A stretch of 64,000 nt of DNA from Treponemataceae bacterium (lineage in GTDB: Bacteria; Spirochaetota; Spirochaetia; Treponematales; Rectinemataceae). Location of the stretch: positions 288,001 to 352,000 of the forward strand of contig CAXXVZ010000005.1 of the NCBI GenBank assembly GCA_963678065.2, given 5' to 3'. Below, one piece after another: positions 14,994-24,734 of this stretch. Position numbers and translations under genes: made by a program. Each line of letters opens with the position of its first letter. Within the stretch, counting starts at the first letter, position 1. Under the pieces are notes generated by a model. The model was given only the letters and a program-made list of their open reading frames with translations, did no database searches and was not told the origin of the DNA.

Positions 14994-16486
14994 ACGAAAT
15001 CCTTGTACAGACCCGCGGCATAACCAAGGAGTTTTCCTCCGTGCGCGTCCTCGACAACATATCGATCGGGATCCGCGTGGGGGAGATACTCGGCCTCATC
15101 GGAGAAAACGGTGCCGGCAAGTCGACCTTCATCAAGATCCTGTCCGGAATTTACACGCCCACTTCGGGCGAGATCGATTTCGAGGGACGGAAGACCGAGA
15201 TCAGGGACGCGAAGGACGCCAAGCGCATGGGCGTCAGTCTCATCCCGCAGGAGTTCAACCTCGTCGAGACCCTGAACGTCTACGAGAACATTTTCCTGGG
15301 CGACGAGCTTCGTCGCCCGAGCGGCCTTCTCGACAGAGCCGGCATGATAGCGAAGACGAAGGAGCTCCTGGACGGCCTCGACGCAGGCGTCGATCCCGAG
15401 GCGAGCATCCGGAGCCTCTCGGTCGCGCAGAAACAGATGGTGGAGATCGCCAAGGCCGTCAAGGTCGACGCGCGCCTCCTCATCCTGGACGAGCCCACGA
15501 CCGTGCTCACCATGCACGAGATCGAGATTCTCTTCCGTCTCATGACGCGCCTCAAGGAAAAGGGCGTCACGATGATCTACATCTCGCACAAGCTCAAGGA
15601 AGTCAAGAAAATCTGCGACCGCGTCATGGTCCTCCGGGACGGGGAGTTCATCTGCCTCGAAGAGACCGGCGCCCTCGACATAAGCGAGATGGCGCGCAGA
15701 ATGGTCGGCCGTGAGCTCAACCAGATATTCCCGCCCAAAGTCGCGCCCCGTCCCGAGGTCGCTCTCAAGGTCCAGGGACTGACAGTTCCCGGAGTGATCG
15801 AGAGTGTGGGTTTTGAACTGCACGCAGGCGAGATACTCGGATTTTCGGGGCTGATCGGCGCCGGACGGACGGAAGTGGCCGAGACGATCATGGGCATCAG
15901 GAAGGCCGCCGCGGGCGGCATCTCGATGAATGGAAAACCGGTGACCCTCCGCAAACCCGCCGATGCGGTGAATGCGGGAATAGCCTATCTCTCCGAAGAC
16001 AGACAGGGCACGGGCGTCCTGACCTCTTTCGCCGTCCGGAAAAACGTCACACTCGTCTCGCTGCGCAACTACGCGAAGCCTCTCATCGACGCGAAAAAAG
16101 AGCTTGAGAAGACCAGGTATTATGTCGGGCAGTTCGAGATAAAGGCGCCCTCCCCCGACGCGCGGCTCGAGACCCTGTCCGGCGGGAACCAGCAGAAGGT
16201 ATCGCTCGCGAAGAGCCTGGACACCGCGCCGCGCGTCATAATCGTGGATGAGCCGACGCGGGGCGTCGACGTCAAGGCGAAGCGCGACATCTACGCCTAT
16301 ATCAACCGGCTTGCCTCCGAAGGCATCGCCGTCATGTTCATCTCGAGCGAGCTCGAGGAGATCATCGGCATGTGCGGCCGCGTACTCGTCATGAAGGAAG
16401 GCCGCATCGTCGGCGAGGTCGAGGGCGGGCGCATCAACGAAGAAGAGATCATGTTCTACGCGACAGGCATCAAGGGAGGCCTTTGA
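14990..16486 (+). CDS. Monosaccharide ABC transporter ATP-binding protein (RbsA/MglA-like, two domains)
   Basis: GENGAGKST, LDEPT, LSGGNQQK, DEPTRGVDV; ATGA overlap at 14990. Confidence 0.95.
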   Translation: MNEILVQTRGITKEFSSVRVLDNISIGIRVGEILGLIGENGAGKSTFIKILSGIYTPTSGEIDFEGRKTEIRDAKDAKRMGVSLIPQEFNLVETLNVYENIFLGDELRRPSGLLDRAGMIAKTKELLDGLDAGVDPEASIRSLSVAQKQMVEIAKAVKVDARLLILDEPTTVLTMHEIEILFRLMTRLKEKGVTMIYISHKLKEVKKICDRVMVLRDGEFICLEETGALDISEMARRMVGRELNQIFPPKVAPRPEVALKVQGLTVPGVIESVGFELHAGEILGFSGLIGAGRTEVAETIMGIRKAAAGGISMNGKPVTLRKPADAVNAGIAYLSEDRQGTGVLTSFAVRKNVTLVSLRNYAKPLIDAKKELEKTRYYVGQFEIKAPSPDARLETLSGGNQQKVSLAKSLDTAPRVIIVDEPTRGVDVKAKRDIYAYINRLASEGIAVMFISSELEEIIGMCGRVLVMKEGRIVGEVEGGRINEEEIMFYATGIKGGL

Positions 16487-16487
16487 G

Positions 16488-17456
16488 ATGAAAGTCATGT
16501 TTCCAAAAATCATAAAGGCCGAGAACGCGCTGTCACTTATGGCCCTCGTCGTGCTGTTCGTCATATCCTCGATCGCGAGTCCCTATTTCCTCCAGGTGCA
16601 GAACCTGCTCAACATAATGAAACAGGTTTCCTACTCCGGCATCATCGGCCTCGGCATGGCCTTCATCATCATCGCGGGAGGAATCGACCTTTCGGTCGGC
16701 TCCATGACCGCCTTCATCGGCGCGATCGCCATCCTCATCGTCAACGCGCTGGGCGGCGGAGCCGGCGCCATCGCAGTAGCATGGGCCGCCGCCCTGGCCC
16801 TCGGCGCGGCGGGCGGACTCTTCAACGGCTTCATAGTCACGAAGGGCCGCGTGGCGCCTTTCATCGTGACGCTCGGCACGATGGCCATTTTCCGTTCGCT
16901 CACCCTCTACATCGGGCACGGCGGCCAGTTCGTCTCGCAGAGCCCCCTGTACGGCAACATGGGCATGAGTTCGATTCTCGGCGTTCCGACCGCGGTATGG
17001 ATCTTCATAATACTGGCATTCCTCCTCTCGGGCCTCCTGAACCGCACCCGCTTCGGACGCTACGCCTGCGCCGTCGGCTCGAACGAGCGGGTGGCCAAAT
17101 ACGCCGCGATAAACGTCGACATGATACGGCTGGGTTCCTACGTGCTCACCGGAATCATGGTGGCCGTCACCGGCGTCCTTCTGTCGAGCCGGATGAATTC
17201 GGTCAACTCTTCCAATTCCGCCGTCAACTTCGAGATGGACGCCATCGCGGCTGTCGTCATCGGGGGGACACCGATGACGGGCGGCCGCGGGACGATCTGG
17301 GGGGTGGTCATCGGCGCGATCATCCTCGGCATGATCAACAACATGCTCAATATGCTCTCCGTGAGCGCCTACCTGCAGGGAACCGTGAAGGGCCTCGTCA
17401 TCATCGCGGCCGTCTTCATCCAGAGGGGCCAGTCGCCGAAGGGCGGGAGAGCCTGA
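16488..17456 (+). CDS. Monosaccharide ABC transporter permease (RbsC-like)
   Basis: GGIDLSVG, PFIVTLG, DAIAAVVIGGT motifs. Confidence 0.95.
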   Translation: MKVMFPKIIKAENALSLMALVVLFVISSIASPYFLQVQNLLNIMKQVSYSGIIGLGMAFIIIAGGIDLSVGSMTAFIGAIAILIVNALGGGAGAIAVAWAAALALGAAGGLFNGFIVTKGRVAPFIVTLGTMAIFRSLTLYIGHGGQFVSQSPLYGNMGMSSILGVPTAVWIFIILAFLLSGLLNRTRFGRYACAVGSNERVAKYAAINVDMIRLGSYVLTGIMVAVTGVLLSSRMNSVNSSNSAVNFEMDAIAAVVIGGTPMTGGRGTIWGVVIGAIILGMINNMLNMLSVSAYLQGTVKGLVIIAAVFIQRGQSPKGGRA

Positions 17457-17577
17457 TCGCCCACGTCATGGAGCCGGTCATCCGGCACAGGTGAATACGC
17501 CCGGAGCGCGCGGGCCGTCGGCTTGGCGCGCACGAGGCTTTTTCGCGATTTCGGATATCGTTTTAGAGGAGGCAGAA

Positions 17578-18543
17578 ATGAAGAAGGTATTGTTCATCAT
17601 GTTGGCGGCCCTCGTACTCATCGCCATGCCGGCGATGGCCCAGAAGGTAAAGATCGGTATCTCGATCCCGAGCGCCGACCACGGCTGGACCGGCGGTGTC
17701 GTGTACTATTCGCAGCAGGCCATCAAGGACATCACCGCGAAAGACAAGAACGTCGAGTTCACCTTGAGCCTCGCGGACTCGCCGCAGAAGCAGGTTTCCG
17801 ACGTCGAGGACCTCATGGTCAAGGGAATGAACGCGATCGTCGTCCTCGCATACGATTCAGCGACCGTCACCCCCGCGATCAAGAAAGCCAAGGAGAAGGG
17901 CATCTACATCGTATCCGTCGACCGCGGCCTCACCGAGCAGGTGCAGGACGTCTACATCGCCGGCGACAATCCCGGCCTCGGCCAGGTTTCCGCCGAATAC
18001 ATGGGCAAAGCCATGGGCGGCAAGGGCAAGATGGTCATCCTCGAAGGCATCCCCTGCGTCATCAATTCAGAGCGCGTGGACACCTTCCGGGACGTCATGA
18101 AGGCCAAGTTCCCCGGCATCGAGATCCTCGATTCCCAGCCTGCCGACTGGAGCGCCCAGAAAGGCCTCGAAGTCATGCAGACCTATCTCCAGAAATACAA
18201 GCAGATCGACGCCGTGTGGGCGCAGGACGACGACATCCTCATCGGCGTTCTCCAGGCCTACAAGGAGTCCGGCCGCAAGGACGTCAAGCTCATGCTCGGC
18301 GGCGCCGGATCCAAAGAGATGATCAAGACCGTCATGGACGGATCGAACCCTATGATCCCGGTCGATGTCACCTACCACCCCTCCATGGTCTACCCGGCCA
18401 TCCACCTCGCCCTCCTCGGAGTGCGCGGCCAGAACCTCCCCGGTTTCATCTCCCAGAAGATCCCCTCCAAGATCATCATCGCGTCCGAACTCATCACGAA
18501 GGAAAACGCGAAGAAGTACTACGATCCCAAGTCCATGTTCTGA
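17578..18543 (+). CDS. Monosaccharide ABC substrate-binding protein (RbsB-like)
   Basis: Signal peptide MKKVLF..AMA, VDR, GDN, DAVWAQDD, ITKENA; GAGGAGG RBS. Confidence 0.93.
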   Translation: MKKVLFIMLAALVLIAMPAMAQKVKIGISIPSADHGWTGGVVYYSQQAIKDITAKDKNVEFTLSLADSPQKQVSDVEDLMVKGMNAIVVLAYDSATVTPAIKKAKEKGIYIVSVDRGLTEQVQDVYIAGDNPGLGQVSAEYMGKAMGGKGKMVILEGIPCVINSERVDTFRDVMKAKFPGIEILDSQPADWSAQKGLEVMQTYLQKYKQIDAVWAQDDDILIGVLQAYKESGRKDVKLMLGGAGSKEMIKTVMDGSNPMIPVDVTYHPSMVYPAIHLALLGVRGQNLPGFISQKIPSKIIIASELITKENAKKYYDPKSMF

Positions 18544-18559
18544 TCCGCAGCATTTCAGT

Positions 18560-18593
18560 GCGGGACGCCCCTTTAGGGCGTCCCGCCTTTTTT
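18560..18593 (+). terminator. Rho-independent terminator
   Basis: GCGGGACGCCC/GGGCGTCCCGC 11-bp stem followed by C and six T. Confidence 0.85.
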
Positions 18594-18612
18594 CCGGCAG
18601 AGAAAAACGAGC

Positions 18613-19530
18613 ATGAATGACCTGTCCTTCCTGAAAAGCTGGCTCCACGCGCGGAATCCCATAGGGACGACCGACAGGGAACACGAGAAACTCATAGAGG
18701 AATTCGAGCAATTCTTCGCCTACATCTTCAACAACTCGAAAGACGGCATCAGCATTCTCGATCTGGACCTGACGATCCTGGGCGCAAACACGGCCCTCGA
18801 ATCCTGGTACAGCCACAAAACGCCGGTCGTCGGAAAAAAATGCCACTCCTGCTACCACGACCGCCCTTCTCCCTGCGAGAACTGCCCTTCCCTCGTCGCC
18901 ATCCGCACGGGCCGTCCCCAGATCGGACTCGTCTCCTACGACGCTCCCGGCAGCGAGAACGGGACGCAGGAGCTCTCGGTCTTCCCCCTCTTCGACAACA
19001 ACAAGATGCTGTTCGGCGTGATCGAATACGTGCGGGACATCACGGACCTCAACGAAGAGGAGCGCATCATCGAAAATCTGAAGCGCCGGATTCAGTTTCA
19101 GGACCAGACTCTCGCCGAGCAGGAAACCGCCCTCGAGGTCCTTCTCAGGCAAGGAGACAAGGCCGAAAAACGGCTGGCGGGCGATGTCGTGAACAACATA
19201 ACCCGCCTCGTCGATCCTGTCGTCGAGAGGCTGAAGCGGAAATTCCCCGAGGCTGGAGCTTCGGAGGAGATGGCGCTGCTCGAATCGAGGCTCCGCGACA
19301 TAGCTTCTCCGCTTCTCGGGAAGCTGGAACTCGCCCGATGCGGACTGACGCGAAGGGAAGAGGAGATCGCCTGTCTCGTCCTCGAAGGGAAATCGAGCAA
19401 GGAAATTTCGGCGCTCCTGTACATCTCGGCCAAGGCCGTCGATTTCCACCGCCTCAATATCAGGAAAAAACTCCGTCTGGACAATCAGGATATCAGCCTG
19501 CGGGCTTATCTGGCCGGGGTCACGCAATGA
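18613..19530 (+). CDS. PAS-domain LuxR-family transcriptional regulator
   Basis: N-terminal PAS (DGISILDLDL..VRDIT), C-terminal LTRREEEIA..GKSSKEIS..FHRLNIRKKL. Confidence 0.9.
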   Translation: MNDLSFLKSWLHARNPIGTTDREHEKLIEEFEQFFAYIFNNSKDGISILDLDLTILGANTALESWYSHKTPVVGKKCHSCYHDRPSPCENCPSLVAIRTGRPQIGLVSYDAPGSENGTQELSVFPLFDNNKMLFGVIEYVRDITDLNEEERIIENLKRRIQFQDQTLAEQETALEVLLRQGDKAEKRLAGDVVNNITRLVDPVVERLKRKFPEAGASEEMALLESRLRDIASPLLGKLELARCGLTRREEEIACLVLEGKSSKEISALLYISAKAVDFHRLNIRKKLRLDNQDISLRAYLAGVTQ

Positions 19531-19654
19531 ACTTTTCCACGCGGGCTATCACCGGTTTTTTGCCGGTGATGAACTCGCGCATCTCTGGTATGCCCGGAAT
19601 GACGATGCGCCCCGATACTGGGTGGACAATCCATTCCACATAGAGGAGCGTGCC

Positions 19655-20896
19655 ATGACGAGAGAAGACATCGTTTTCCAGCCGATCAAGGTGGGCCACC
19701 GCGTCGCGCCCAACAGATTCATGATCAACGCCATGGAGTGCTGCGACTCCGACGTCGAAGGGAACCCCACCGAGAAGACCTACCGCCGCTACCACAATCT
19801 CTTCGAAGGCGGAGCCGGCATCATCGACCTGGAGGCGATCACCGTCCAGTACGAGTCGAGATCGAGACAGTTCCAGCTCTCCGTGATGCCGCATAACCAG
19901 AAGGCGCTCGCCAAATTCGTCGCCGAGATGAAGAAAGTGAACGACAAGCCCCTCTTCATCTGGCAGCTGACTCATTCGGGCGAACTGAGCCACACGGGCT
20001 TCTCGCGCAAGGTCTGCGTGAAACCGCTTCCGGGATTCGGCGGCGAGGTCATCGACGAGGAATACGTCGAGAAAACCATCGAGCAGTTCGTGCTCTCGGC
20101 CAAAATCGCCCACGACTGCGGGGCCGACGGCATCGACTTCAAGAACTGCCACGGCTACCTCGACTCACAGATACTCAGGCCCTACAACGACCGGAAATGG
20201 AAGTACGGCGGCTCGTTCGAAAACCGGACGCGCTTCACCTACACGATCTACGAGCGGATCATGAAGGAGATCGGCGATCCGAACTTCATCGTCGGGTCGA
20301 AGGTATCGATATGGGAAGGCTTCCCTGGCGGCCAGGGCTCGGCGGGCCCCGACTCGCCCGTGATGGATCTCACCGAATCCCTCGCCCTCGTGAAGGGCAT
20401 GGAAGCGCGTGGCGCCTCCTTCATCATCGTGTCGGCGGGAAGCCCCTCGATCACTCTCGCCCTCTCCCAGCCCGACAGGAAGGTGCCCGACGACTGCTAC
20501 CTCCACTTCACCTTCCAGAAGGCTGTCCGCGACGTCCTCAAACCGGAAACCGTCGTGATAGGCTCGGGCTATTCGGTGCTCAACAACGGAAACAATCAAC
20601 TGCAGGCCCGCAACAAAGAAGAAAACACCCTGATGTACTGGGCCAACAAGAATATCGGCGACCATGTGACGGACATGGTCGCCATCGGAAGGCAATCCCT
20701 GGCCGACGGCCAGCTGCCGCGCAAACTCGCCGAAGGCAGGGAATCCGACATCCACTGGTGCACGGCCTGCGACAACTGCATCGAGCTTCTCATCCGTCAG
20801 AAAAACGTCGGCTGCACGACCTGGGACAGGGAGTACGGCCAGGCTCTCAAAGTCATCCGCGAACAGGAAGGCGCGCTCAAGGCGAAGCGGACCTGA
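19655..20896 (+). CDS. NADH:flavin oxidoreductase / old yellow enzyme family with C-terminal Fe-S motif
   Basis: NRFMINAME, QLTHSG, CHGYL, YGGSFENRTRF, CTACDNC..C; GAGGAG RBS. Confidence 0.9.
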   Translation: MTREDIVFQPIKVGHRVAPNRFMINAMECCDSDVEGNPTEKTYRRYHNLFEGGAGIIDLEAITVQYESRSRQFQLSVMPHNQKALAKFVAEMKKVNDKPLFIWQLTHSGELSHTGFSRKVCVKPLPGFGGEVIDEEYVEKTIEQFVLSAKIAHDCGADGIDFKNCHGYLDSQILRPYNDRKWKYGGSFENRTRFTYTIYERIMKEIGDPNFIVGSKVSIWEGFPGGQGSAGPDSPVMDLTESLALVKGMEARGASFIIVSAGSPSITLALSQPDRKVPDDCYLHFTFQKAVRDVLKPETVVIGSGYSVLNNGNNQLQARNKEENTLMYWANKNIGDHVTDMVAIGRQSLADGQLPRKLAEGRESDIHWCTACDNCIELLIRQKNVGCTTWDREYGQALKVIREQEGALKAKRT

Positions 20897-21001
20897 GCGA
20901 GAGCGCATAACCGAGGTCGGGAAAGTCGGTGATGACTGACCTGCGCCCGCCATGAGCCCGCCCGGGTCACGCCGCCACTATTTTCCATGGAGGTCGATAC
21001 G

Positions 21002-22420
21002 ATGGCAAAGATAGCGATGATCGGGGCGGGCAGCCTCGTGTTCTGCAAGACACTGATGGGCGATTTTCTCGCGACGCCCGCCCTGGCCGGGAGCGAGTAC
21101 GCTCTCATGGCCCTCACGCACGCGCGCCTCGACAAGATGAAGGACTTCGTGGAGCGCATGATCCGCGACAACGGCGTCGACGCGAGCGTGAGCGCGACGA
21201 CGGACCGCCGCGAAGCCCTGCGTGGAGCCGACTATGTCGTCGCCATGATACAGGTCGGCGGCGTCGAGGGCTTCAGGTACGACTACGAAATCCCCATGAA
21301 ATACGGGGTCGACAACTGTATCGGCGACACGCTGGGCCCCGGCGGCATTTTCCGGGCCCAGCGCCACATACCCGCGCTCCTGGAAATCGCGGCCGAGATG
21401 CGAGAACTCTGCCCGAACGCCATCCTCTTCAACTACGCGAACCCCATGGCCATGTGCTGCTGGGCCTTGGGCACCGTGGAAGGCCTCCAGTTCGTCGGCC
21501 TCTGCCACGGCGTCCAGACGACGATGGACCTCATCGCCTCGTACACGGGCAGGCCCAAGGACGAGATCGACTTCGTCGCGGCGGGCATCAACCACATGGC
21601 CTGGTTCCTCCGCCTCGAGCACTCCGGCGAGGATCTTTACCCGATCCTGAAAGCCAACTTCGAGAAGCCCGGATACTACGTGAACGAAAAAGTCCGGGGC
21701 GAGGTCATGCGCCACTTCGGCTATTTCATGACAGAGAGCACAGGTCACCTCTCGGAGTATCTTCCGTATTTCCGCAAGAACGCGAAGGCGCTCGCGCTCT
21801 ACTGCGACGAGCCGGCCTTCGGGGGCGAGACGGGCGCCTACTACCACTACTGCGCCATGATCGACGAGAAGTTCCGAAAGCTGGATCCGCTCTCCATCGA
21901 ATCGACGAAACTCGGAGAGCGCAGCGCGGAATACTGCTCGCACATCATCGAGGCCAAGGAGACGGGCAGAATCTTCCGCCTCAACGGAAACATCCGCAAC
22001 GACGGCTACATAACGAATCTGCCCGAGGGCGCCTGCGTCGAAGTGCCGATCTATGTCGACCGCACAGGCCTCCATCCGACCCACATCGGGGCCCTGCCCG
22101 CCCCTCTCGCGGCCCTCAACATGACGAACGTCCTCGTCCAGGGACTCTCCGTCGGGGCCGCGCTCGCGGGCGACACCGAGCTTCTGGTCCAGGCTGTCGC
22201 CATGGATCCGCTGACGGCGGCCGTCCTGACCCTTGATGAGATCCGCAGGATGACACATGATATGTTGGAAGCCCAGCGCCCCTGGCTTCCGCAGTTCGCG
22301 GGAAAAAGCGTCCGACGCGTGCCGGCCGTCTCCGTTCCGGCGGGCGTGGAGCGACAGGAGGTGCCGACCGATCCGGCCCTCGCCATCGCGAACCGCTTCG
22401 GGAAACTCGCCCGGGCTTGA
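21002..22420 (+). CDS. Glycoside hydrolase family 4 (alpha-galactosidase/alpha-glucosidase, MelA-like)
   Basis: IGAGS, GDTLGPGG, NYANP, GLCHG, GINH, TESTGH motifs. Confidence 0.92.
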   Translation: MAKIAMIGAGSLVFCKTLMGDFLATPALAGSEYALMALTHARLDKMKDFVERMIRDNGVDASVSATTDRREALRGADYVVAMIQVGGVEGFRYDYEIPMKYGVDNCIGDTLGPGGIFRAQRHIPALLEIAAEMRELCPNAILFNYANPMAMCCWALGTVEGLQFVGLCHGVQTTMDLIASYTGRPKDEIDFVAAGINHMAWFLRLEHSGEDLYPILKANFEKPGYYVNEKVRGEVMRHFGYFMTESTGHLSEYLPYFRKNAKALALYCDEPAFGGETGAYYHYCAMIDEKFRKLDPLSIESTKLGERSAEYCSHIIEAKETGRIFRLNGNIRNDGYITNLPEGACVEVPIYVDRTGLHPTHIGALPAPLAALNMTNVLVQGLSVGAALAGDTELLVQAVAMDPLTAAVLTLDEIRRMTHDMLEAQRPWLPQFAGKSVRRVPAVSVPAGVERQEVPTDPALAIANRFGKLARA

Positions 22421-23469
22421 CGACGAGGAGGCCCGCCATCGAAAAAACCCGGCGAGCGGATGTGGCCAGAATGGCCGGCGTCGCGGAATCGACCGTATCG
22501 CGCGCACTCAACGACTCTTCTCTCATCACGGACCCCATCAAGGAGAAGGTCCGCCGCGCGGCGGAAGAGCTCGGCTACATCCCGTCGCGGCAGGCGGCCC
22601 TGTTCGCGCGCAACCGGACCATGGTCCTCGGCTTCGTCGTCCCCTCGTACTCCTCGTTCCCGCCCTTCTCGCGCGCCTATTTTCCGGCGCTGCTCGACGG
22701 CGTCGTCCTCGCCGCGGACAAGCTCGGATACTCGGTGACCATCATCCTCGACAAGGTCGAGCGCGGGCACAAGGGCTACCACGACCTCATCCGCTCGCGG
22801 ACCGTGGACGGTCTTCTGTTCGCAGTCACGCCGGCCGATTTCCGCTCCTTCGAGCTCCTGTCGGGGGACAAGGTCGCCTTCGTCCTCATCAACAACTACC
22901 GTAAGGGGCTGTCCAGCGTCGACGCGCGGCCCGAAAGCGGCATGCGCAAGGCCTTCTCCCACGCGACCAATCTCGGCCACGCGCACATCGGCTACATCAC
23001 GGGCGACATGGCTTTCCGCAACGCCACCGACCGGCTCGAGTGCTTCCGCAGGCTCTGCGAGGAATTCGGCACACGGGGGAAGGTCACCGAGGGCGATTTC
23101 TCCAAAACTTCAGGGTACAAGGCGATGGCCCACATCCTCGACGGCGAGGATCCGCCGACTCTCGTCATGACGAGTTCGGACCGCGAGGCCCTCGGCGTGC
23201 TGCAGTACTGCGCGGAGCACGGCATCCAGGTGCCGCGGGACTTGAGCGTGATCGGATACGACAACCTCCACCCCGCCCAGGATATCTCTCCTCCCCTGTC
23301 GACGGTACACCACCCCATCACGGATCTGGGCCGCGCGGCCACGGTGCTTCTGACAGGCATCATAGAGGGCAGGATCGCGGGGCCGGTTCAGGAATTCCTC
23401 GACACGGACTTCGTCGTGCGCGAATCGACCTCTGTGCCACGGTCGATGTCATACGGAGGCGAGCGATGA
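22417..23469 (+). CDS. LacI-family transcriptional regulator
   Basis: ADVARMAGVAESTVSRALN HTH, VPRDLSVIGYDN, VRES. Confidence 0.93.
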   Translation: MTTRRPAIEKTRRADVARMAGVAESTVSRALNDSSLITDPIKEKVRRAAEELGYIPSRQAALFARNRTMVLGFVVPSYSSFPPFSRAYFPALLDGVVLAADKLGYSVTIILDKVERGHKGYHDLIRSRTVDGLLFAVTPADFRSFELLSGDKVAFVLINNYRKGLSSVDARPESGMRKAFSHATNLGHAHIGYITGDMAFRNATDRLECFRRLCEEFGTRGKVTEGDFSKTSGYKAMAHILDGEDPPTLVMTSSDREALGVLQYCAEHGIQVPRDLSVIGYDNLHPAQDISPPLSTVHHPITDLGRAATVLLTGIIEGRIAGPVQEFLDTDFVVRESTSVPRSMSYGGER

Positions 23470-24734
23470 ATGTGCGGATCGCCCTCGTGGGCACGGGGGC
23501 GATGGCGGAATACCACGTCAGGAAATTTTCGGCCATCCCGGGCGTCTCCATTCCGGCCTGCGCCGACCACCGGAGCAGCAGGGCGGAGGCCTTCGCGGCG
23601 AAATACGGAATTCCCCTCAGGTACGACAGGATCGACGCCCTGCTCGACGCGGCAGATCGCCGTGCCGGTCCGGAAGACTCCGGGCCAGGTCCTGGAATCG
23701 ACGCGATATCCTGCGCGGTCGTGGACAGCCACCATCCGAGGATCGCCATAGCCTGCCTGAAGCGCGGCCATCCGCTCTTCTGCGAAAAGCCGATGGCCCG
23801 CAGCCTCGCCGAGGCGGCGACAATGGCCGCGGCCGCGGAGTCGGCGGGAACGGCGCGGGAAAGTTCCTGCGGTCACTCACCGCTTCCCGTGGTCATCAAT
23901 TTCTCCAAACGCAATGCCCCCGCCCTCGTCGCCCTCGCAGAGCTCGTCAGAGGAGGCAGGCTCGGCCGCATCGAGGAGATCGACGCATCCTACCTGCAGG
24001 GCTGGCTGGTGACCGGCGCCTGGGGCGACTGGCGAAGCTCGACGACCCGGCGCTGGCGCCTTTCGCCGACAGAGAGCACGGCGGGGGTCCTCGGCGACCT
24101 GGGAAGCCATCTCGTCGACGCGATTCTGGCCGTGACCGGGGGAAAAATCGTCGATCCTGTCCTGGAGGATTCTCTGGCCTTCACGGAGGCCTACGCGCGC
24201 GGGATGCTCGGCCCCGCCCACGAATCCGACGCAGACGACCCCCTCCTCGGCCCGCGGAACATCCTCCCCGGGCAGTGGAATATCTCTCCCGAGCGACAGG
24301 ATAGATCCGAGGGCTCACCCTGCCCCGCCCTCGTCGAGTTCTCCGCGCAGGCCACGCTTTCCGGCGGCGGGACAGCGCGGATCAGGGCAAGCTGCGTCGA
24401 CCCCGACTCCGTCGACGCATTCTCTGTCGCGGTCCGGGGGGAACTTGGAATGGCGTCGCTCGATCTCAGGCGATCCCGGACGGCAGTCAGGCTCGAAACG
24501 GAGCGAGGAGAGGAGTGGGTCGAGGGTGCGCGTCTGCCCTCGACCTACGAAGCCTTCATAGCCCTCGTCCAGGAGAGGAGTGCCGGCGGCCCAGGCAGAC
24601 CGGCGGGCGTGGATCTGCCGGCATGGATGCGCAGCTGGTCGGCGCCCTCATTCCGGGAAGGGCTCGAAGTGCAGAGGCTGTTCGAGAGTCTCATGGATCA
24701 GGCGCGGGCGCGCCACGGGGGAGCCCATGAGTGA
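23466..24734 (+). CDS. Gfo/Idh/MocA family oxidoreductase (with several loop insertions)
   Basis: ALVGTGAMA, FCEKPM, GDLGSH; ATGA overlap with lacI. Confidence 0.85.
   Translation: MNVRIALVGTGAMAEYHVRKFSAIPGVSIPACADHRSSRAEAFAAKYGIPLRYDRIDALLDAADRRAGPEDSGPGPGIDAISCAVVDSHHPRIAIACLKRGHPLFCEKPMARSLAEAATMAAAAESAGTARESSCGHSPLPVVINFSKRNAPALVALAELVRGGRLGRIEEIDASYLQGWLVTGAWGDWRSSTTRRWRLSPTESTAGVLGDLGSHLVDAILAVTGGKIVDPVLEDSLAFTEAYARGMLGPAHESDADDPLLGPRNILPGQWNISPERQDRSEGSPCPALVEFSAQATLSGGGTARIRASCVDPDSVDAFSVAVRGELGMASLDLRRSRTAVRLETERGEEWVEGARLPSTYEAFIALVQERSAGGPGRPAGVDLPAWMRSWSAPSFREGLEVQRLFESLMDQARARHGGAHE

Noticed and set aside
23040..23465. Apparent N-terminal extension or fusion of the second Gfo/Idh/MocA ORF
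   Set aside because: It overlaps lacI in another frame; the real start is ATG 23466 with a GGAGG RBS.
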